Origin: Mobula hypostoma
Lineage: Eukaryota
Reading direction: 5' to 3'
DNA: 64,000 nt
Assembly: GCF_963921235.1 (NCBI RefSeq)
Contig: NC_086109.1
Span: 6,884,001 to 6,948,000 of the forward strand
The notes beneath the pieces are model-generated. The model was not told the DNA's origin and searched no databases. It saw nothing but the letters and a program-made list of their open reading frames with translations. Shown here piece after piece: positions 22,899 to 33,378 of this stretch (positions within the stretch are counted from its first letter, which is position 1; each line of letters starts with the position of its first letter). A program made the position numbers and the translations under genes.

Positions 22899-24804
22899 CA
22901 AAGGGGCCTGTTTTTCTGGTCAGAGTTAAATTCCACCTGCTGACTCTCCTCGCAAGTTCCCTCGTGATGACCGGGGCGGAATTTTCCCACGGATGAACTG
23001 ATCCAACCCGTTCTGCCAGCTTGACTCATTGACCACACGAGAGACTGCAGGTGCTCGAGTCTGATGCGACATGCAGTCTGCTGGAAGGATTCAGGCACAA
23101 ATGTTCTGAATCGAGATCCTTCAGCTGGACCCATCTGATCTACCAACAGACGTTCCAGACTTCCGGAAGTTCCTCTTGATGATACCGAAGCACATATTTT
23201 GACTTCACTTCTTCCACCTGTCGCACAGCGTGCGAGTGAATTCTCTAGAAAACCCGGCGAGTTTAAAAGCAATATCAAGCGTTTGAGTGGTGCAGATCCC
23301 TCTCCAGCTTGACATCTTCCCACGTTCCTGATCCGAATCCTGGCCCCGGCTTCACATCCGGCCCACAGTCCCGACACTGGCTCCTGCCGCAGACGCTCCA
23401 CACCCCGGCTCGGGGGATGGGCTGATGAGAGAGCAGGATGCCAAAATATTGGAATACTCAGACAATCGGAACCCAGATTATCGGAGTTTTGCTCTGCTTT
23501 GACGGACCAGATTCAGATTCATTTATTTATCACATACATTATAACATACAAATGAAAAGCACCATTTGCGTTAACAGCCAGCACGCTCAAGGGTGTGCTG
23601 GGGGCATCCCACGAGTGTTACCCCTCATTCCAATGCCAAACTAGCACGCCCACAATATTCAGCAGAACAACACGAACAACAACAGTGACAAGAAAAGACA
23701 ATGCAGTGGTGTCTAGATCTATAGGTCACAGTCTTAAGAAAAGGGCCAAGCCAGTCAGGGAGGAGAAAAAATTTCTTCACCCAGAGTTAATCTTTGATTT
23801 GGCCTCCACAGTTATCCGTGGCAATGAATTCCAGAGATTCACTTTCTACTGGCTAAGGAAATTCCCTCTCATCTTGAGCTAAAGCGATACCACTACACTG
23901 GAAACATCCTTTCCACATTCACTCTGTCTATCCCTCTCAATATTTGATAGGTTTCAATGAGATCCATTCCTTATTCTCAGACCCTTTGCGTAATGGCATT
24001 GATCCATGGCATAAAAAGGGATGGGAACCCCCGTTCTAAACTCAAGCAAGTACAGAACTAGAGTTGTCAAACTCTCCTCATACACTTTCATATCCGAAAT
24101 CGCTCTGCTAGCAGTAGTGGTGGAGCAGGTGTGCATTAGGGACATTTAAAAGACTCTTAGATAGGCACATGGATGAAAGAAAAATGGAGGGCTATGGGGG
24201 GAGGGAAAGATTAGACTGATCATAGAGTAGATTAAAAGGTCCACACAACATTTTGGGCAAATGGGCCTGTACTGCGCTGTATGTTCAATCACACTGGTTG
24301 GAGTCACATAGACCAGGTTGAGTTAAAGAGGTAAATTCTTCCTCTGAACAAGAAAAGTTCTTTTAGCTATTCCATAGTTTCCATGGTTACTGCATTTTTC
24401 TTTAAATTCCAGATTTATTTAATAAGTTGAGTCTAAATTACTCAGCTGGCATGGTGGGATTTGAATTCTTTGGATTCAACTCCGGCTGCTATTCCCGTAA
24501 CACAAGCCTTATGTCTCTGTGCCCCCTGCATTAGCAGGAGTACATCCTGTATCTACTGTTCTCCTGGATGGAACAAGCCTCTCCCAATGTCTAGAGAGGT
24601 CTCAGAAGCACAGGCTGTGCTCTGGAACATGGAGTTCTGCTGTTGGCTGCCGTCCATACATCTCTGCGTTGGTTCATGGCCAGAGAAGCATAGAATATCC
24701 ATTTAATCCATGCCAGAGGAAAGTGCTTTCAGCAAGTACAAGAAAGGACATATACACTTAGTGACTACTTTAATAGTTACACCTGTACACCTTGTTAATA
24801 CATA

Positions 24805-25230
24805 TAGAAACATAGAAACATAGAAAATAGGTGCAGGAGTAGGCCATTCGGCCCTTCGAGCCTGCACCGCCATTTATTATGATCATGGCTGATCATCCAA
24901 CTCAGAACCCAGCCTTCCCTCCATACCCCGTGACCCCTGTAGCCACAAGGGCCATATCTAACTTCCTTTTAAACATAGCTAATGAACTGGCCTCAACAGT
25001 TTGCTGTGGCAGAGAATTCCACAGATTCACCACTCTCTGTGTGAAGAAGTTTTTCCTAACCTCGGTCCTAAAAGGCTTCCCCTCTATCCTCAAACTGTGA
25101 CCCCTCGTTCTAGACCTCCCCAACATCGGGAACAATCTTCCCGCATCTAGCCTGTCCAATCCCTTTAGGATCTTATACGTTTCAATCAGATCCCCCCTCA
25201 ATCTTCTAAATTCCAACGAGTACAAGCCCA
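24805..25230 (-). mobile_element. Young CR1-type LINE 3' end
   Basis: Near-identical to 4128-4576; the translations differ by one residue over the shared ~108 aa. Confidence 0.9.
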
Positions 25231-25469
25231 TGATATATCTGTCATGTGGCAGCAACTCAATGCATTAAAACATGTGAACATGGTCAAGAGGTTCAGCTGT
25301 TGTCCAGACCAAACATCAGACTGGGGGAGAAATGTGATCTAATTGACATTGACCATGGAATGATTGTTGGTGCCTGATGGGGTGGCTTGAGTACCTCAGA
25401 AACTGCTGATCACCCGTGATTTTCGAATAAACTCTTCTTGGGCTTCCAGCTGATACAGGTATCAGTTAT

Positions 25470-25512
25470 AACCGATGTTTCAATGACAAACTCTGCCATC
25501 ATCTTCAGGGAT
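25470..25512 (-). ncRNA. Hammerhead ribozyme motif variant with long stem II (second Penelope family)
   Basis: Minus strand ATCC-CTGAAGA-TGATGGCAGAGTTTGTCATT-GAAA-CATC-GGTT; a mutated sister copy lies at ~27632-27673(+). Confidence 0.6.
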
Positions 25513-26970
25513 GATTCCTGGGCATGTCTAGTCCAGTGGTATTTATAACCACCCCCCCCCCACCTACCCACCTAGACCATCCCTCCTGATTGATCAGATA
25601 ACTAATTTATTGATCCCAAAGGAAATCACAGTGTCACGGTAACATTACAAGTTAACAGATATACAAATATAAAATATTAGAAGAAAGAAAAAATAAAAGA
25701 ATAAGTTACCACAAACAGTCCAACAGGAGGGGGTCATCACTTCCCAGCTATAGGTTGAGTCATTATAGAGCCTAATGGTCGAGGGTAAGAATGATCTCAT
25801 ATAGCGCTCTTCAGAGTAGCGCAGTTGTCTTAGTCTATTACTAAAAGTGCTCCTTTGTTCAGCCAAGGGGGCATGCAGAAGGCGAGGAACATTGACAAGA
25901 ATTTCCTGGATTTTCTGTAGGGTCCTTCGTTCTACCACAGCCTCCAGTGTGTGGTAGTCTTCCAGTTAGTCCCCATCCAATCAGGTTTCCACTCTCCCAC
26001 CTTGTTTACAATCGAATTCCAGTTCTTACTCAGAGTGAGACCTTTGTCTTTGTTAAAATTCTTTTCCTCTAGTTCTATTTTAATGGCTTCCTGTACCAGG
26101 CAGTCCCAAAAGCTCAGTTGTTTTGTGTCGTCGAAGTCAACCGATTGAAGTGTTCTGCTACGGCCGATTTCTCCGGGTAACCCAAACGGATACACCTCCC
26201 GTGCTCCTTGATGTGGGTGTCCACCGTGCATCCCGCCTGGTCTATACCTGCTACTCCGCATTCACGGGAAATCCTGTAAACAGCAGCCAGCCTGAGTCCC
26301 ACGCCATCTTTGACCCGCATAAACTGTGATTTGAGCTTCCTTACGGGTTTGTGGATGGTGTTAATCTGGTATTTCCTCAGGATCCTGCTGATCCTTCCAG
26401 AAACCGTGGAAATATAGGGAAGACAGGTGGGAGTGACGGGCTCCTCCTTGTTGTTCGGTTTCCTGGGTTTTCCTTCGGCCCGTTAAGGGCCTGATTGATT
26501 TCCTTCATCTTGTAGCCATTCTGTAGGAACGTTGTGCATAACTATCTTATTTCCTCGGGGAGACTCTCCGGGTCTGAAATAGTTTTTGTACAGTTAGTCA
26601 AGGTAGAAAGAACCACTCTACGTTGGGAGACGTGATGGTGGTCGTTATTGTTGAGTTATAAGTCCATGTGAGTGGGTTTCCGATAGATGCCATGTCTGAG
26701 GCTGCCATCCTGTTTCCGTCGTATTAGAATGCTTAGGAACAGGAGGCAATCATTCTTCTCCATCTCCACTGTAAACTGCATGTTTTGATGTATACTGATC
26801 AGTTGGTCATGGAACCTTTGGAGTGCCTGGAGTCCATGAGGCCACACTACGAACCTAGTAATGAAGGAGGACCCATCACTACTGCCAGTCTTCCCTATGT
26901 TCCCATGGTTTCTGCAAGGATGGCCACGATCCTGAATAAATACTGGATTTATACGAACCTGTAAGGAAGC

Positions 26971-27209
26971 ACACGTCACAAACAAGAGGAAATCTGCAGA
27001 CGCTGGAAATCCAAGCAACACACACAAAATACTGGAAGAACTCAGCGGGCCAGGCAGCATTTATGGAAAAGAATAAGTAGTTGACGTTTCCGGCCAAGAG
27101 GTGAAGGGTCTTGGCCCAAAATGTCGACTATTTACTCTTTTCCATAGATGCTGTCTTAGCCCAAAATGTCAATTGTTACTCTTTTCCATAGATATAGTTT
27201 GGCTTGCTG
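26971..27209. mobile_element. Inverted pair of hammerhead-family Penelope tails with 7-bp TSD
   Basis: aggaagc at 26964-26970 and 27210-27216; minus tail followed by plus tail. Confidence 0.75.
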
Positions 27210-27917
27210 AGGAAGCTGAAGTCACAGATTATACGGGTCAAAGATGACCTGGGACTCAGGACGGGGGGCGTTTACAAGATCCCCTGTGAACGCGGGGCAG
27301 CGTATATCAGTCAGGCAGGATGCACGGTGGAAACACGCATCAAAGAGCACAGGAGTTGTACCTGAGTGGGTTACCCGGAGAAATCAGTAGCAGCAAGAAT
27401 ACTGAATTCTCAATGGCCACAAGATTGACTTTGATGGCACAGACTACTGTGCCACGCCAATAGCTTTTGGGATTGCCTGGTGAAGGAAGCAATTGAATGA
27501 AAACTAGAGAAAAAGAATGTTAGCAAAGACAAGGTGGGAGATTGGAAACCTGACTGGATGAGGACTATTCAATCAGGAAGGACAGACTACAGGGGTATAA
27601 ATATCACCTGACTAGACATGCCCAGCCATCATGGCTGAAGAAGATGGCAGAGTTTGTAACTGATACATCGGCTATAATCGATACCTGTACCCGACTGGAA
27701 ACCTGAGATGAGTTCATTCATCATATACGTTGGGAAGACACTAGATCCCTTATCAGCTGGGATTTTTACACACAGCAATCTCTAGAGTTTACGGAGAATA
27801 GTGCAAAAAAACAAAGAAAAAATCCAGTGAGCATCAGTTCTGTGGGTGGAAATGCCTTGTTATTGAGAGACGTCAGAGGAAAATGGCCAGATTGGTTCAA
27901 GCTGACAGGAAGGTGAC

Positions 27918-28790
27918 TGTTATATTTTGTAACTCCAAAACATTAAACTAATTGAAAGAAAAATACGAACCTGGCATAACTTGAGTGTACTTTGTTTTCA
28001 CTTTAGTGAGATGCATGCACGTATGACTTGGTGGCGTGATGATGTATTTTTACATATAACTGAGTGACTTAAATATGTATGTTATTTTGTTTTCAGTCAG
28101 TGCAGTTTTACGTCAAATATTTTGTAAACCTACATAAACTGTGCCATGCGTGCATTCAGTGTTCACATACTTTATACTTCATTGTCGCCAAACAATTGAT
28201 ACTGGAACGTACAATCATCACAGTGATATTTGATTCTGCGCTTCCCACTCCCTGGATTACAAATATTAAATAATAAAAATAGTAAAAATTAGTAAATATT
28301 AAAAATTTAAATTATAAATCATAAATAGAAAATAGAAAAATAGAAAGTAAGGTAGTGCAAAAAAAAACGAGAGGCGGGTCCGGATATTCGGAGGGCACGG
28401 CCCAGGTCCGGGTCAGGATCCGTTCAGCAGTCTTATCACAGTTGGAAAGAAGCTGTTCCCAAATCTGGCCGTACGAGTCTTCAAGCTCCTGAGCCTTCTC
28501 CCGGAGGGAAGAGGGACGAAAAGTGTATTGGCGGGGTGGGTCGTGTCTTTGATTATCCTGGCAGCACTGCTCCGACAGCGTGCGGTGTAAAGTGAGTCCA
28601 AGGACGGAAGATTCTTTTGTCACAGGAAAAAAATTTGCACAACATAAGATTTTTGCGCACACTGCCTACTAAAAATTAGAGGAAACATTGCATATAACCC
28701 ACAGTGAATTACTTAAACAAACAAGGATGTTTAATCAAACAATATACTTACATGCTACTCAAATATTACTGGCGCATTAAATACACAACA
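27918..28790. mobile_element. Solo LTR with 5-bp TSD, itself interrupted
   Basis: TGTT...AACA termini; GTGAC at 27913-27917 and 28791-28795. Confidence 0.8.
28061..28690. mobile_element. hAT-type remnant (8-bp TSD) containing a minus-strand Rex-like LINE tail (~28155-28600)
   Basis: catataac at 28053-28060 and 28691-28698. Right TIR tagaggaaacattg belongs to the same family as 14872-15209; the left TIR is not recognisable. Confidence 0.6.
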
Positions 28791-29169
28791 GTGACAGTCA
28801 CTCAAAGAACTATGCATTACAACTGTGGTGTGCAGAAAAGCGACTCGGAGTGGACAACACATCGAATCCTGAAGCGGATGTGCTACAGCAGCAGAAGACT
28901 GTGAGCATACACTGATTGGCCACTTTATTAGGTAAGTGGGCACCTAATAATGTGGCCACCGAGTGTATTTGGATGAAAGGTATTTCAAAATACACCACAA
29001 CTTGCAGTGGTATAAAACTTCCGTTAGGCCACATTTGGAGTCATGCCTACAGTTCTGGTTGCCCCGTTACAGGAAGGATGTGGAGGCTTTGGAGAGGTTC
29101 ACCAGGATGCTGCCTGGATTAGAGAGTATTAGCTAGAGGGAGAGTTTGGACAAACTTGGGTTGTCCAGA

Positions 29170-29770
29170 GGAGGAGAAGATGGCGGCGCGCGCAGCCACT
29201 TCGGTGGTGATGTCTGTTATCTGTCAAGTAGGGGACCATGCACAATCCTGATTTGATGGAGACAGACGTGAGAGTACGGAGGAACAGCTGGAAAACTTCT
29301 GGAATGCCCGCTTCGCTGCCACTGCTACTGTGTGGTAACCGGGATCTCCGGAGCTGAAGGCCCCGAAATCCTCGGCTTTGCGTGTTTCAGCGGCCAGGGC
29401 GAGATCAAAGGCATTCGGCAGAGGATGGCACTCGGGAGGCTGTATCGGAGGGGCTGGTCGGAGGCTCGACGTTTTCGGACGGACGGACTCAGTGTTGGCT
29501 GTGGTCGGCTGCTTCCAAGGCATCGGCAAGTTGACGGTGCCTGGAGCTTTATGGCAGGGAGTTTCTCCCTTTTGCCGCCGCTATCAGGAACTCGGGAGTC
29601 GATCGACTCGGGGACTTTTGAGATTTTATTTACCGTGCCCATGGTTTGTTCTTCATCAAATTGATGGTTTGTCCTGTTTTCAGTGATATCACTGCAGAGA
29701 AACATTGTATCATTTCTTAATGCATCTCTAAATGACAATAAAAGAGGACTGAGTGTTCTCATAGTCTAAC
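29170..29770 (+). mobile_element. CpG-rich non-autonomous retroelement inserted in a CR1 fragment
   Basis: Starts aagatggcggcg (YY1-like motif typical of LINE 5' ends) and ends with a LINE-like tgacaataaa tail; CR1 sequence on both sides. Confidence 0.55.
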
Positions 29771-31052
29771 TTTGGAGGCTAAGAGGAGAACCAACAGGAG
29801 TTCATATACTAAGGAGAGGCGCAGATATGGTAGATAGTCAGAGTCCCGAAGTAGAAATGTCAGGTACCAGAGGGCACGGCTAGAAGGTGAGAGGGGGAAA
29901 GTTTAAAGTCGAAGGGTAGGTAAGTATTTAGCACAGAGGAAGGTAGGTGGCTGGACTACTGAGAGAATCATCGGGGTCTCTCTTCCACCCATCAGAGACC
30001 CTAATCAAATGCAGGGGGCCCTTCGCATTGTCAGTGATCACTCCTATCCATCGAACAATCTCTTCGATCTCCCTACCATCAGGCAGGAGGCACGGTAGCA
30101 TTTAGTCAAGCTCTGGTAGGATGGGAAACAGCTTCTTCCCCGAGGCTGTGAAACTACTGAATTCCCAGCCACCGCCCAGGTCTCGTTACATAGAGTATGA
30201 TGTGTCAGCGGTTTACTGTTGACATTTTAACTTGTGTCTTAAATACACCTTATGCTAAATGACAACCATCTGAATATGTTTTATTATTTGTGATAGTATT
30301 ACTTGATGTGTTGCTTGTGAGTTACATGTACTGTGTTGTTCACCTTTGTCTGGAGGAATGTTGTTTCCTTTGGCAGCAGACATGTTGAATGACAGTAAAC
30401 TTGAACTTGAGTGTGCCATCATGGAAAGTTCTGGAAGCAGATACAGTAGCAATGTTTAAAAGGCATTTAGACAGAAGCATGGACAGGCAAGTTATAGAAA
30501 GATACGGACCATCAAGTGCGGCCGGATGGAGACACTCGCCGAGCAACACCATCAGAGTCAAAGGTTTTGCCTCAGCTGGTAAAGAAACTGAGGATGACTT
30601 AACATCAGAAATATCACCGTTGATCTACATACACGGAACTCAGCAGGTCGGGCAGCATCTATGCAGAAGAATGAATAGTCGATGTTCAAGACTGGAAAAG
30701 AAGGGGGGTAGAAGCCAGAATAGGAAAGTGGGGGCACTGTGATGAGCTACTACAGGATTTCCAACATCTAGAGTGCTAACACAGCAAGGACTCTGAGGAA
30801 GCTATGGAGAGGCAGTACATCACCAGACGAATTACCTTGTGGGTGAACAGTCATACATCGTACACTGCGGAAAGAGGCTCTTCGGCCCATCTGATCCATG
30901 CTCGTCCTGCTAGAGTATAAAATTATGAGAGGCGGAGATAGGCTAGACACAATCTTTCTCCCATGATTCGTTCACTATGTGCCATGTGGGGTGGCAGGGT
31001 GGAGATACGTATCTAACAAAGGAGGGGTACAGTGCTCCTTCCCTCTGCTATC

Positions 31053-31085
31053 CCTGATGAAGGGTCTTGGCCCGAAACGTCGACT
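31053..31085 (+). ncRNA. Minimal hammerhead ribozyme motif
   Basis: C-CTGATGA-AGGGTCTTGGCCC-GAAA-CGTC-GACT; core intact, 5' strand of stem I mostly lost at the junction. Confidence 0.7.
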
Positions 31086-33071
31086 GTTTACCCCTCTCCA
31101 TAGATGCTGCCTGGCCTGCTGAGTTCCTCCAGCACTTTGTGTTCCAGCATCTGCAGATCTTCTCTTGTTTGGGATTAACTTCACTCCCCACTTACGTGTG
31201 TTTGGGATTTGCTGTGGTGAGTTGTGCAGGGCGTGACATGCAACAAATGCAACAATCCACAATTATAAAGAATTATATATAAAAAAAACAAAGGTCAAAG
31301 TTCAGATATGGAATAAAATAAGCATAAATGCCACCATATATTTACAATGCAAACGGTATTATAAAAAGTGGTTTAAAGTGCTTACTGTGTCGTGCAGGGA
31401 CTGAGGTAATAGATAGAAGGGGGTGGGAAGGCCCACAGTGATTAATCAGATTGATCAGAAGAAACTTCTCAGATGGTGTGAAATTTATGTTTTAATAGCC
31501 CCTTAGCACTTTCAAGTGTGAGGCTTTTGGAAAAGGCAGCTTGCAGGATGAGTAGAGTCCACAGCGATGTTTCCTCTTGCTGGTTCGTGCTGGACACATA
31601 CAAGTCCTGCAGTGACCGGGATTTTGCAGCCAATGTCCTTTTCTGCTGACTGGGCAGCTGAGAAAGGGTTGCGTGATCTTAACTAAACAGCAAAGTGATT
31701 ACGGCAATGCCAGGCGGTCTCAGCTTCCGAGGGTTTGGATGCGTCTGGACTCCGGCAAAGTCTGCACGTGGTAAACAATTCCCGACAGATAAGGAATAAA
31801 AAGACGCCCAGAATGGAGCTCATGTTTGAGTTTGTTGTCAGTTGTGGATGGAACTGGCGCTGATATCGAGAAGATCACTAACATTGATGTGAAGTCTTGT
31901 AAACGTGGAGGCTTTTTTTTGGAAGCAAGGTCTGGGTATGACCTGCTTTGTTTGCATTCCGGCCTCGGGCCTTGTAGAGAGCACCCAGGCTGCAGTTTGT
32001 CTGAACGACTGACTCAGGGCACGTAATCGACTTGTGCGTCATGTTGCAGAAACACAGATTATTATATCAGATGTTGAAACGTTGGCTGTGCAGCCAGTGT
32101 TTATAATGCCTTCTGGTCACAGTCAACCTTTTAATTTAGAAACAGCTAATCGCTGATGTTATCAGGCTGTGGCCAAACAGAGAGAGCTGCTTCGAGAACA
32201 AGGATACAGCCCCCTCAGCTGTGAAAAATATTAACCCTTTCCGGCCCTGCTCCAATCGTGTAGTTGAATGCAAGTTTCTCACCACAGGTTGTCAGTGTGG
32301 TAAATCAAACATACTAGACCATAAGACCATAGACACAGGAGCAGAATTAGGCCATTTGGCCCATCGAGTCTGCTCTGCCATTTCATCATGGCTGATCCAT
32401 TTTTCCTCCCAGACCCAATCTCCTGCCCTGTATCACTTCATGGCCTGACCAATCATCAAGGATCTATCAATGCTTGTCTTTATTACTCAAGGAATTGAGT
32501 TCAAGATTCTGAAAGTTATCCTGCAATTTTATAAAAACTCTGGTTTGGCCACATCAGGAGTATTGCATTCAGTTCTGGCTGCCAGTCATAAGAGTACAGG
32601 CCCTTGTCCCACAATGTTATACCAACCCTTTAACCAACTCCAAGGTCAATCTAACCCTTTCCTCCCACATAGCCCTCCAGTTTTCTACCCATCCATGTGC
32701 CTGTCTAAGAATCTCTTAAATGTCCCGAATGCATCTGCCTCTACCACCACCCCTGGCAGGGCGTTCCACACACCCTCCACGCTCTGTGTAAAATACCTAC
32801 CTCTAACGTGCCTCCCTACGCTTTCCTCCAAACGTTTAAAAGTTGTGCTCCCTCATATTAGCCAAATTCCTCCCTGGGAAAAGGGTTCTGGCTGCCAACT
32901 CAATCTCTACCCTCTTATCGTCTTGTGACTCTACCAAGTCACCTCCCATTCTCCTCCACTCCAAAGAGTAAAGCCCTAGCTCGCACATCCCAAGGCACAC
33001 GCTCTAATGTTGCAGATTTATTTTTAAAAAACCTTGTTTGGGCCACATCTGGAGAATTGCATTTGGTTCTG

Positions 33072-33378
33072 GCTGCAGGTCACCCTTGGGCAAGGTGTAG
33101 CACCTGCTTAGCCACCCCCCCACCGATCGGGGTGAGGTGAAGATATGGGAGCAGGTGGTGGATGGTCGTATGAGCAGCCGGTGCAGGTCACAAGTCCTGG
33201 CTATGTGACACCAGGCAGACAACCTCTGAAGAGCATTGATAATGGCTGGGGTCACCCACCTTTGTAAGGACACTGTCCAGAAGGAGGCAATGGCAGAAAA
33301 ATTTGCCAAGAACAATCATAGTCATGAAAAAAACTCATGATCGCCTATGTCATACGACACAGCGCATAATGATGATAG
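33072..33378 (+). mobile_element. Dispersed ~370-bp SINE-like family, probably RTE-related (partial copy)
   Basis: Same sequence at ~40215-40595, 43825-44205 and 51105-51470, with a 5' piece at ~31000-31050. Carries the ggcaatggcaaaccac motif and a (GAT)n tail. Confidence 0.65.

Larger units (their letters stand above)
25424..27751. mobile_element. Second Penelope-like family in inverted (head-to-head) configuration
   Basis: Minus arm: FVVWPHG...FTVEMEK...IYRKPTH (RT) and VYRI..ECG...IKEH (GIY-YIG). Plus arm 26870-27750 repeats the endonuclease and tail. Degenerate ~15-bp TSD atcacccgtgatttt / atcagctgggatttt. Confidence 0.8.
24755..28965 (+). mobile_element. Internally deleted Tc1-like DNA transposon hosting multiple nested insertions
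   Basis: TA-flanked TIRs (cacttagtgactactttaatag / cctaataatgtggccaccgagtg). Decayed transposase HTH segments (KCDL..D.GMIVGA..GLSTSETAD; RGQR-like ..MARLVQADRK; YNCGVQKS..TTHRILKRMCYSSRR) lie at ~25320-25420, 27755-27917 and 28791-28904. Confidence 0.85.
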
